Of a stretch of 64,000 nt of DNA, positions 21,056 to 30,107 are shown piece by piece (position 1 is the stretch's first letter; each line of letters begins with the position of its first letter). Under the pieces are notes generated by a model. The model did not search any database and had not been told where the DNA came from. It saw only the letters and a list, made by a program, of their open reading frames with translations. The stretch lies in IMG/VR virus record IMGVR_UViG_3300028886_001624, positions 1-64,000 of that record; one strand, 5' to 3'. Origin of the DNA: an uncultured virus (IMG/VR IMGVR_UViG_3300028886_001624). Lineage: Duplodnaviria; Heunggongvirae; Uroviricota; Caudoviricetes. Position numbers and translations under genes: made by a program.

Positions 21056-21529
21056 ATGAAATATTTTGATACAAGTGCCGACATTGCTGAAATGGCACAA
21101 GAGAAATTCGGTGATACCTCTTTGCAGCATATGGGTATCAACCTAAACCTAATCTCAATAAAGAAGAGCAAGAATATTCTTAAGATTAGCAAAACGAATG
21201 AAATCCTAAAACACCTTACGGATAAGGATTTGGTATTGACGGTCTACGAGGAAGCATTTGACCGTTTGCCGGATGAAATGAAATGGATTCTGTTGGAGGG
21301 ATGCTTGTCAAACGTATCATATGACACGGAGAAGGATAAACTCAACGTGGAATCCGACATTGCAAAGGAAATCTTCAGAATGAGGAAGAAGTATGCCAAC
21401 TATGTCGATATGTTGGAAACCGCATATCTTACGGTTCTCACCATTGAAGAGGAAGAAAAGCAAAGGAAGGAAGAGGAAAAACAGAGAAAGGCTGAGGAAA
21501 AGGCCGCAAAGAGAAGAAATAACGGATAA
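21056..21529 (+). CDS. Hypothetical protein
   Basis: ORF after -7 promoter. Confidence 0.7.
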   Translation: MKYFDTSADIAEMAQEKFGDTSLQHMGINLNLISIKKSKNILKISKTNEILKHLTDKDLVLTVYEEAFDRLPDEMKWILLEGCLSNVSYDTEKDKLNVESDIAKEIFRMRKKYANYVDMLETAYLTVLTIEEEEKQRKEEEKQRKAEEKAAKRRNNG

Positions 21530-21546
21530 TAATACATAATAGGACT

Positions 21547-22251
21547 ATGAGTAATGTAAACAACAAATGGATAAATCTATGCTTTATCATAGATGCTAGC
21601 GGCAGTATGTATTCCTCAAGGGAAGATGTTATTGGCGGCTTCAAAAAGGTTATTGATGAGCAGAAGGCCATCAAGGACGGAAAGGCTACAGTATCACTGT
21701 ACACATTCAATGATACCGTTACGGAGAAATATATCGGAGTGGATGTCAATGATATAGAGAAGTTTGAGTATGATGCCTCCGGACTCACTGCAATGAATGA
21801 CGGAATAGGTATCGCAATAACTAACATGGGGAAATGGCTCTATGAAAGAGACAAGAACAATGAGGAAATGCCCAGCAAGACACTTGTGGTTGTAATGACG
21901 GACGGAATGGAGAATTCATCCAAGGAATACACGCTTGAGCGAGTTAGGGAAATGATTAAGGAACAGAGTGAGAAGTATTCTTGGGAATTCATCTACATGG
22001 GAAGTGACATCACGACCTCGAATGCTGCCGATGAACTAGGCTTCAAATTCAAGACCTACGGTTCAAAGAAATCACTTTTTAAGAACTATAACATAATAAA
22101 TACCGTCACATCCTCATACAGAGCATCTGCAAATGCCGGTACCCCAATCAACACACTGAATGAGTCTCTTGCAATGATGCTAGAGGAAGAGGCGGAAGCC
22201 AATACGAAGGAATATGAAAGTGAAATCGGTAGAAAAATCACCTCTGTCTAA
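21547..22251 (+). CDS. von Willebrand factor A domain protein
   Basis: MIDAS motif DASGSM; T-AMND; VMTDG. Confidence 0.85.
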   Translation: MSNVNNKWINLCFIIDASGSMYSSREDVIGGFKKVIDEQKAIKDGKATVSLYTFNDTVTEKYIGVDVNDIEKFEYDASGLTAMNDGIGIAITNMGKWLYERDKNNEEMPSKTLVVVMTDGMENSSKEYTLERVREMIKEQSEKYSWEFIYMGSDITTSNAADELGFKFKTYGSKKSLFKNYNIINTVTSSYRASANAGTPINTLNESLAMMLEEEAEANTKEYESEIGRKITSV

Positions 22252-22287
22252 AATAAAGATAGGTGAAGAAGCCAAAGGAATATTAGG

Positions 22288-23700
22288 TTGTATTCTCTTG
22301 TTTATAATATTGACGTTGATATATCTCTGTTATATTGGATTGAACGGTTGATTACAGATAAGAAAGAACTTTTAAATAAAATATTGAAGACCAACGAAGA
22401 ATATATTAAGGACGCGATTGGAATACATGGGAATAAATATTCCTATGAGAAAACTGTTTATCTTGGGAGCAAAAAGAAAGTGTGTATAATTTGCCCCAAG
22501 CATGGGGAGTTTTGGCAAGAAGCAAATTCTCATTTAAAAGGGTGTGGGTGTCCCATGTGTTTTAGGGAAAAACGTAGTGAAGAAAATAAAACTACATTCG
22601 ATAAATTTATTCGTAAATGCAGAATGATACATGGTGAACTTTATCATTATGATGAGAGTACTTTTACCGATATGCATACTAAAACCAAAATAACTTGCCC
22701 GATTCATGGTGAGTTTTGGCAGACACCCGCTTCACACCTTAATGGTAAAGGTTGTCCAAAATGTTCAAGGGGTAGCAAATACACAACTGAGGATTGGATA
22801 GAGAAATCCAAAACGGTTCACGGTGAAACATACGACTATTCAAAATCAAATTATATTAGTACGAGAGAAAAAATATGTATCATCTGTCCTAAACATGGGG
22901 AGTTTTGGCAACTACCAAATAAACATTTGGAAGGTCAAGGATGTCCAAATTGCTCAAAAGAAAAAAGAAGATATACTATTGAACAATTCATCGAAATGGC
23001 AAAAAAAGTCCACGGTGATAAATATGATTATTCGAATTCTGAATATGTGAATAGTAGAACTAAAATTAAAATAATATGTCAAAAACACGGTGAATTTTGG
23101 ATGAAGCCAAATGACCATTTGAATGGTCAAGGGTGTCCAAAGTGTGGTGATGAAAAAATGGCCGATAAAAGTAGGTTAAATATTAATGAAATTTTAAATA
23201 GATTTTCAAAAATTTACAATGATAAATATTCCTATGAACTTTGGAATAATGATTATAAAAACATTGAAGATGTAATACCAATAATTTGTCCCAAACACGG
23301 GTTATTCCACAAGACCGTCCATCAACATTTGCAGGGCCAAGGGTGTCCGAAATGTAATTCTAGCATATTGGAGAATAATATGCGAAATTTCCTAAATGAG
23401 AATAGTATTACGTTCTCTGAACAGCAAAAATTTGATTGGTTGGGCAAAATGAGTTTTGATTTTTACCTATCAGATTATAAAATCGCAATTGAATGTCAAG
23501 GTGAACAGCATTTTAAACCCTTTGAGTATTTTGGTGGGGAGTTATCACTTGAAAAACAAATAAAAAGAGATAAGTTAAAAGAAAAACTTGCAACCGAGAA
23601 TGACATAGAAATATTGTATTATTCAAATAAAAAATATAACGATAATATCATTACAGATAAGAAAGAAATTTTAAATAAAATATTGAAAAATTATGAGTAG
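22288..23700 (+). CDS. Zinc-ribbon repeat endonuclease (homing-endonuclease-like); start uncertain
   Basis: Five CxxHG..GCPxC repeats; FDFYLSDYKIAIECQGEQH. Confidence 0.75.
   Translation: MYSLVYNIDVDISLLYWIERLITDKKELLNKILKTNEEYIKDAIGIHGNKYSYEKTVYLGSKKKVCIICPKHGEFWQEANSHLKGCGCPMCFREKRSEENKTTFDKFIRKCRMIHGELYHYDESTFTDMHTKTKITCPIHGEFWQTPASHLNGKGCPKCSRGSKYTTEDWIEKSKTVHGETYDYSKSNYISTREKICIICPKHGEFWQLPNKHLEGQGCPNCSKEKRRYTIEQFIEMAKKVHGDKYDYSNSEYVNSRTKIKIICQKHGEFWMKPNDHLNGQGCPKCGDEKMADKSRLNINEILNRFSKIYNDKYSYELWNNDYKNIEDVIPIICPKHGLFHKTVHQHLQGQGCPKCNSSILENNMRNFLNENSITFSEQQKFDWLGKMSFDFYLSDYKIAIECQGEQHFKPFEYFGGELSLEKQIKRDKLKEKLATENDIEILYYSNKKYNDNIITDKKEILNKILKNYE
22351..23687 (+). repeat. 38-bp direct repeat (22351-22388 and 23650-23687) bracketing the endonuclease gene
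   Basis: ATTACAGATAAGAAAGAA(C/A)TTTTAAATAAAATATTGAA, 37/38 identical. Confidence 0.9.
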
Positions 23701-24373
23701 CATTGGAACTTTTGAAGACTTTAGGAAGTTTGCGGTCAGCAACACTAAAGCGAATGGCGATGTCCTAGACGGCCAAGTTAAAAATTTCGTTTACCCAACC
23801 ATTGTTGAGGAAAGGTCGAGCAATATTAGGGCAAACGAAATGAATGTATTTTCTAGGTTAGTTCAAGACCGGATTATATTCCTCAGTGGTGAGGTGTCAA
23901 GTGAGTCTATGGATACCATTACCGCTCAGTTGCTTTATTTGGACTCCATTGACAACCGTGAGATAAATATATACATTAACAGTGTCGGCGGTGATTGCTA
24001 TAGTGGCTTGGAGTTGGTGTCTGTGATGAACTTTGTAAAGAGTGATGTGTCCACGACGGTTCTTGGACTTGCTGCGTCAATGGGTGCGGTCATATCATCT
24101 AGCGGTGCCAAAGGAAAGAGGTTCCTCTTGCCATATTCAAGGTTCATGATACATCAACCGTCTAGTTCAAGCGGTTATTTTGTAAAGTTCACCGATTCAA
24201 AGGTTGCCTTGAGGGAAATGGAGAGCGTTAGGGAGGACCTATATCACATCCTAGCCGACAACAGCGGAAAGCCTTTTGATGAAATCGTTGAACTCTGCGA
24301 GAACGGTGACAAGTGGTTTAAGGGTGAAGAGGCTGTCGAGAATGGTTTCGCGGATTCTGTAATAAGACGATAA
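23693..24373 (+). CDS. clpP: ATP-dependent Clp protease proteolytic subunit
   Basis: VFSRLVQDRIIFL, YINSVGG, GLAASMG (Ser), MIHQP (His). Confidence 0.93.
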   Translation: MSSIGTFEDFRKFAVSNTKANGDVLDGQVKNFVYPTIVEERSSNIRANEMNVFSRLVQDRIIFLSGEVSSESMDTITAQLLYLDSIDNREINIYINSVGGDCYSGLELVSVMNFVKSDVSTTVLGLAASMGAVISSSGAKGKRFLLPYSRFMIHQPSSSSGYFVKFTDSKVALREMESVREDLYHILADNSGKPFDEIVELCENGDKWFKGEEAVENGFADSVIRR

Positions 24374-24434
24374 AAAATATTTTTCATTTTTTTTATCTTT
24401 AGATGATATTTATAGGGGAAAAAAGATAAATAAC

Positions 24435-24902
24435 ATGAAAACTATAATAAGACTTACTGAATCAGAGTTGCATGGTCTAATCAGCAGGAGTGTCAAGAAA
24501 ATCATTAAAGAAGAGAATGAGTATAACAACACAATCCTGCTGAATACCATTGCACAGTGCATTGCTTCCGGTGATAAAATCACCGCAAAGAAAGGCTTTA
24601 ATGACACATATGTTATGGTTAACGGCGGTGAAGAGGCATATATCGGATTTACGTTGGAATCTGACCCGTATTTAATTGGCGGAATTAAGAGTAGTGACCG
24701 TGATGTTCCGGATGATGCGGATAAGGTTATCGACAATCCGACAGTGTATGTGGAAAGTATTAAAATATGGGACGATGAAAATGAAGAAGAAATCACCTTG
24801 AAAGATGACGGCACCGTTGCGGAAGCATTGGAAAACATGATTGAGGTTGATTATACCAACGATGACCTATTACCATATAGCAGATGGGAATACTACGACT
24901 AA
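24435..24902 (+). CDS. Protein with IRLTESEL leader
   Basis: MKTIIRLTESELHGLISRSV. Confidence 0.7.
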   Translation: MKTIIRLTESELHGLISRSVKKIIKEENEYNNTILLNTIAQCIASGDKITAKKGFNDTYVMVNGGEEAYIGFTLESDPYLIGGIKSSDRDVPDDADKVIDNPTVYVESIKIWDDENEEEITLKDDGTVAEALENMIEVDYTNDDLLPYSRWEYYD

Positions 24903-24928
24903 TTTTTTTAAAAATATATAGATAGAAT

Positions 24929-25060
24929 ATGGCTTGTGGATGTAGTAAGAACAAAACAGCCTCTTCTAACGCCATTAAGGTAACGGCACCAACTAGAGTG
25001 AGTAGGCCGTTAAGTGAGAGTGGCCGAGTAAGAAGGGCTGAAAAAAGAATTATACGATGA
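24929..25060 (+). CDS. Small MACGC protein (43 aa, not in ORF track)
   Basis: MACGCSK..LSESGRVRRAEKRIIR; paralogue at 53641. Confidence 0.75.
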   Translation: MACGCSKNKTASSNAIKVTAPTRVSRPLSESGRVRRAEKRIIR

Positions 25061-25467
25061 TACACGTTTATAACTCGCACGACGAAGACTTTACTAGTAA
25101 GGAGAATAACTTCTATTGCGGAAGACACAAGAACCCGAAGACAAAACAAAATGACAATCCTTTGGCAAACCCGTTTACATACAACGGTGTTAAGTCCAAC
25201 TTGGCGGCATTGTCATTCAAGACAAGGGACGAGGCGGTTGAAGCATATGAGAAGTATTTTGACAAAATGTACGGCAATGACGAAGACTTGACGGCTGCGT
25301 TTGACGAAATATATGAACACTATAAAAATGGTGAGGACATCTATCTCCAATGTTTCTGCAAACCGAACAAATGCCACTGCGACATCATTGCGGACAGATT
25401 GCAGCGCAAATTAATAAAAGAGAAAATGCTTGAGAGAAAATTAAGTAAAATAAAGGCAACCAAGTGA
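25057..25467 (+). CDS. DUF4326-like protein
   Basis: YCGR, LANPF, LQCFCKPNKCHCD. Confidence 0.7.
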   Translation: MIHVYNSHDEDFTSKENNFYCGRHKNPKTKQNDNPLANPFTYNGVKSNLAALSFKTRDEAVEAYEKYFDKMYGNDEDLTAAFDEIYEHYKNGEDIYLQCFCKPNKCHCDIIADRLQRKLIKEKMLERKLSKIKATK

Positions 25468-25486
25468 TTTTGGTTGCCTTTTGTTA

Positions 25487-26066
25487 TTATATGTCACAAT
25501 TAAGTGCATTTTGATTAATTGCAGATATTGCCGCCCTGCTTGCGGCATCTAAAGCCCAACATCCACAGAAAGCATAATCACCGATGCTTGTAACACCACT
25601 GCCAAGTGTGCAAGTTGTCATGGCAGAACAACCATCGAAAGCACCACCACTAATACTTGTAACACTATCCGGAATTGTTATACTTGTTAAACCAGTACAA
25701 CTCCAAAAAGTCACATAACCAATGCTTGTAACACCACTACTAATGGTACAACTTGTCATTGCGGGAAAATAATAAAAAGCCCAATCGCCAATACTTGTGC
25801 AAAGTGTACCAACTTCGGCATTGACACAAGTTGCGCTGTATGGATTTGTCATTGCACTTGTCAGTTCTCCACTGCCTTGCAGTTCAACAACTTCACCATT
25901 GTTAAGTGTTAATTTACAGAAGAAAGGTGGGGGGGGGGGGTAAAACGTCCGGATTATAGTGCATAGCACCATCGGCCACGACGTAACTTACGTTTGGCTT
26001 TGGGTAGTCCGTGGCAGTATAAGCAGTATAGGCTGCATTATCTGCAAATTCTTTAACGTACTTCAT
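25487..26066 (-). CDS. Short BspA-type LRR gene, frameshifted at C12 tract (25929-25940)
   Basis: Leader from ATG 26066 stops at 25914 (50 aa); LRR body is in the +1 frame after the tract. Confidence 0.85.
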
Positions 26067-26211
26067 AATTATTATTTTTAAAGTTTTAAATATAGTTATT
26101 TTCTTTATAAATATTTTTGAAAAAACAAAAAAACAAATTTATCATGATATTTATAGGGAAATAACATATTGATGAGTAGATACTCATCATAAACTTTAAA
26201 TATTAAATAAT

Positions 26212-28935
26212 ATGAGTAAAGACAGAAAAAAACTTTTGCACATTCATAGTAGCGTGAATGACAAACAGCCAACGCCGGAAACACTTGAGTTCGGTGAACT
26301 TGGCGTAAACATTGCTGAGGGCAATGCTTTTATTTCAACTAAGAATATTGGCGGTGAAGTCGTAAGATTTTCTGAGGACGGCACAATCATCGATTGGATG
26401 GAGTACAAGGAAGTATTCCCCTATGAGGCATACGTTAGGGGTTCCAATGCTGCCTCAAGCGGTGTGACCGAATCAGACTTAGTCAACAACAAGTCCAACA
26501 TTATCGTTAAACTCAACCAAGTTGTCGCAAAGAACACCGAATATGACGAAAAGGTTAACGGTGCCAAGGATATCTATGGCAATTTAATCAATCCAATCGG
26601 TACTGACAATTATCGTGACGGTGCCGGTCTTGCAATTGATATGTCTAGGTATGCCATGATAGGTGCAAATCCATCATTCAGTTCTCTCACAACCACTTGC
26701 AATACGACACTGCAAGGTCAGACAACCATCAGCGGAAGCACTTCATCTTCTTGCGGCAACGGTTTGAATGTCAATGTTCAGAATGTGTGCATCGAGGCAA
26801 CGTCTGAATTAAACGAATATGGTGTTGAGAAGACCAATGTCGGTAAGAGTTGTAACGGAAACTCCGTATCCAATAATACTAGCGTCAATGGTAAGAAGAT
26901 ACTGATTTCTGCCACCAACGGCGATAACACCGTTGATATTGATGGATGCAGCCGGATAAGCGGAAGGACAAACGACTTTGTCATCACGGAGTGTACCAAC
27001 AATGCCGGTAAGGTAGAGATAGATACGACAAACGTAAATGTAAGCGCGTCTACATCTATCGTAAAGTCTTGTGATAAGATTTCACTGCATTCAACAAATA
27101 TTACACTCTCTGACAGTGGCTGCTCCGATAACGGACAAGTTACCGTTGAGACGAACGACCTCTGCCTTGTCGGAGAAACAAAGGCTACTTTGTACGGTAA
27201 CACAACCAACGTGGGTGTTGATTGCGACGGTTCGGCAAAGGCTAGTGAGACAAACGTGAACGGTACAACCATTAACATTACCGGCAACACGATTAATGAA
27301 AGTGCTGTCACAATCAATGAGAGTGCAACGACCATCAATGAAATTGCAAACAACTACGTTGTAAGCGGTGCAAATGCTTGTATTGCCACTAGCAGCAATG
27401 TCTCTATCGGCGGTGACGCATCTACAAAGATAGGTACCGACTGTAACGGCAACGTAATCTCAAACGTGACTGAGATTAATGCGACTAGTTCAATTACCAT
27501 CAATTCTCCAATTACCAATATAACCGGTGATACCCATATCGGCGGAAATACATATATAAGCGGAACTACCATCATAAGTGGTGACACCACGATAAGCGTA
27601 AACTGCCCATCACTCACGAACAACACTCTTGATGAGGCACTATGCGAGGCATTCAACCGTTCTGTTGTAAGCGTAACGGCTTCTACTGCGACTCCGGCCG
27701 GTACAAACTATCAGAAATATACGGTAAGACAAGATAGCACCAACCGGTCCGTTGACATTGCAATCCCAAATGTTACAATAAGTTCTACAACAAGCGGGTT
27801 GGGAGACAATATTCTTAAGAGTTATGACATTATGTACGATGGTGTCAGCCGTGGTAAAATCGACATTCCAAAGGACTTCCTCGTTAAATCCGGCTCCGTC
27901 AAGGTCGTTGAAAGGCCGGATGACCCATACAGCGGGGCACAAGTTGGTGACAAGTATATTGACTTGGTATTGAATGTCTTGAGTGGAAGTTCGGAACCCG
28001 ACCAACACGTTTATATACCAATTAAGGACTTGGTTTCCAACATGGAGTTTAAGTCGACTAGCGGCTCAATCTCGATTGCAACGGCAACAACACAAGGAAG
28101 TGAGTCTGTTGACTTGAACGTTGCACACCCGCTCAAGTGGAGTGCCGGTGCATTTACCGCAGATACTACGGGGTATGACGGTTCGTCAGAGAAGACAATC
28201 ACCGTACCGACTAGTCTTTCACACCTCACTCACGGTAACTTAACCTTGACACACAATGGCACTAGTGTTACTTATGACCCATCTACGGCAACTTCTGCAA
28301 CATTGGCCCACAGTGCATTGACCGCAACATATGAAGCAACTAGCGGAAAGACCGGAAGTGTGACATATAATACATCAGCCGCCACCGGTATCTCAATCCC
28401 GACTTGTGTGAACCATCTTGGCCGTTCGACGCTTGCTTGGAACTATGGAAGCACCACAACCGCAACAAATGGTACCTATGACCCCGGAGCAAACTGTAAC
28501 GGTACGAGTTCTAGTACGGTTATCATCCCTAAAACAATAGGCAACATCACGGATGATGTAATCACAATCAATCCTTCGGATTCTTGTATTACCGTAAACG
28601 GTGACATCAACTCCAACAACGTAATTAAGGGCACTGCCTTCTACGCTAGTTCAGACTTGAACCTTAAGGAGAACATCAACGACATATCGTCTGAGGACAT
28701 TGACAAGGTTTCAAATGTTAATCTTAAGGAATTCAACTTCAAGTCCGATGAGAACAAGGAAAAGAAGTACGGTGTAATAGCACAAGACCTTCAAGTTGCC
28801 GGACTCGGTAATATCGTGGAGAAGGGAAGCGACGGTTTCTTAAGTGTTGACTACACATCATTCTTGCTACTTAAGATTGCAAGCCTAGAGAAGAAAATCG
28901 ATGAACTCACAAACAAGATTGAAGGAATTAAGTAG
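26212..28935 (+). CDS. Tail fibre/spike with C-terminal peptidase S74 chaperone domain
   Basis: Thr/Ser/Asn-rich body; SSDLNLKENI, YGVIAQDL and terminal coiled coil. Confidence 0.8.
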   Translation: MSKDRKKLLHIHSSVNDKQPTPETLEFGELGVNIAEGNAFISTKNIGGEVVRFSEDGTIIDWMEYKEVFPYEAYVRGSNAASSGVTESDLVNNKSNIIVKLNQVVAKNTEYDEKVNGAKDIYGNLINPIGTDNYRDGAGLAIDMSRYAMIGANPSFSSLTTTCNTTLQGQTTISGSTSSSCGNGLNVNVQNVCIEATSELNEYGVEKTNVGKSCNGNSVSNNTSVNGKKILISATNGDNTVDIDGCSRISGRTNDFVITECTNNAGKVEIDTTNVNVSASTSIVKSCDKISLHSTNITLSDSGCSDNGQVTVETNDLCLVGETKATLYGNTTNVGVDCDGSAKASETNVNGTTINITGNTINESAVTINESATTINEIANNYVVSGANACIATSSNVSIGGDASTKIGTDCNGNVISNVTEINATSSITINSPITNITGDTHIGGNTYISGTTIISGDTTISVNCPSLTNNTLDEALCEAFNRSVVSVTASTATPAGTNYQKYTVRQDSTNRSVDIAIPNVTISSTTSGLGDNILKSYDIMYDGVSRGKIDIPKDFLVKSGSVKVVERPDDPYSGAQVGDKYIDLVLNVLSGSSEPDQHVYIPIKDLVSNMEFKSTSGSISIATATTQGSESVDLNVAHPLKWSAGAFTADTTGYDGSSEKTITVPTSLSHLTHGNLTLTHNGTSVTYDPSTATSATLAHSALTATYEATSGKTGSVTYNTSAATGISIPTCVNHLGRSTLAWNYGSTTTATNGTYDPGANCNGTSSSTVIIPKTIGNITDDVITINPSDSCITVNGDINSNNVIKGTAFYASSDLNLKENINDISSEDIDKVSNVNLKEFNFKSDENKEKKYGVIAQDLQVAGLGNIVEKGSDGFLSVDYTSFLLLKIASLEKKIDELTNKIEGIK

Positions 28936-28995
28936 AAAAATTAAAATAAATGGGGCAATCCGAACATTGCCCCATACTTTAATAAAAACCTAACA

Positions 28996-30054
28996 ATGGC
29001 AAATTGCTTTGAAATAATAGAATGTAACGAACTTGCCACCATAAAGTATATGAGAAACTTAATACCTAGCAGTATTGGTTCTTGTACTAGTGTGTCTGCC
29101 GGTACGGTTATCCCAACTACTTGCGGCGGTAACCCATTGGAGGAAAACTACATCCCTAAGTATTCGGAGTTGGATAATGAGACGTTCGCACCTAAGAGGG
29201 CCACGAATGACAGCGACCCTAGCCAAGACGTGAACGGGTTCATCATTTCGGCACCGACAGTTGTGAGTTCTTCTTGCGGAAGCGTGGCACAAGGTGACGA
29301 GGCACTTATGAAATCACAGATTTCATTCGGTGCAACCTCTGCAAGCAGCGTTTCTCATAATAATATATCAATGCCTAGTGCATGTAATACTTCTTGGTCT
29401 TTGGACATTGTTAAGACGTGGGACAGAGTAACATATTCATGTAACAACGGCTCCATAACACCTTCAACACAATCAATCACTAAAAATGAAAGCAATAGTG
29501 GTGAGTTGAGTAAGTCCTATTCACCCACTTTCAGCAGTGGTTCCACATCGGCAAAGACAACTTGGGATGTTTCCTTTGGTTCACATGTTGAGACAACTAC
29601 TATAAGTGACAGATGCGGCGGTACGGTATCAACATCTACGACCTTTAGTGTAAGCAGTTATAATATAAGCGGGTTGGTTGAATGGCCGAGTGGTATGGTT
29701 CCATGTAATCCGGGTACCGCAAAGATAGATTTTACAATCAGCAACGGTGACTGCCCGGATGAAATACAATTAGAAGTTACCGCCTCGACCATAGACGGAA
29801 TCACTGCCGGTACGATAATATCTAATACTACTAGCATTAACATAGGAAGAAATGAACGGAATGTCACTAGAGAGGAAATGACAATCGTTCCAATTGTAAA
29901 TGGTTCTAGAAAGAGTAGTGACGAGTTTACGGTGGAGATTCAAAGAGGTACTTGCGGATATTCTTCCATACCAAGTTTCTATGGGTGTAGCCCGTTTGCA
30001 ACAATAGAGAACACTTGGGAGAACCTACCGGACCAAGAAGAACACCCGTATTAA
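28996..30054 (+). CDS. Cys/Ser/Thr-rich putative virion protein
   Basis: Follows tail fibre; N-terminus paralogous to 53902 ORF. Confidence 0.55.
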   Translation: MANCFEIIECNELATIKYMRNLIPSSIGSCTSVSAGTVIPTTCGGNPLEENYIPKYSELDNETFAPKRATNDSDPSQDVNGFIISAPTVVSSSCGSVAQGDEALMKSQISFGATSASSVSHNNISMPSACNTSWSLDIVKTWDRVTYSCNNGSITPSTQSITKNESNSGELSKSYSPTFSSGSTSAKTTWDVSFGSHVETTTISDRCGGTVSTSTTFSVSSYNISGLVEWPSGMVPCNPGTAKIDFTISNGDCPDEIQLEVTASTIDGITAGTIISNTTSINIGRNERNVTREEMTIVPIVNGSRKSSDEFTVEIQRGTCGYSSIPSFYGCSPFATIENTWENLPDQEEHPY

Positions 30055-30107
30055 GGTATGTGATTCTGTAATTTTATACTAAGCAAAGAAAAATAAATCA
30101 TTATAAT

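Noticed and set aside
25487..25972. ORF-track starts MVLCTII (25972) and MSWLRVV (47866)
   Set aside because: These are out-of-frame readings of the conserved leader; the in-frame paralogue at 20230 shows the real N-terminus.
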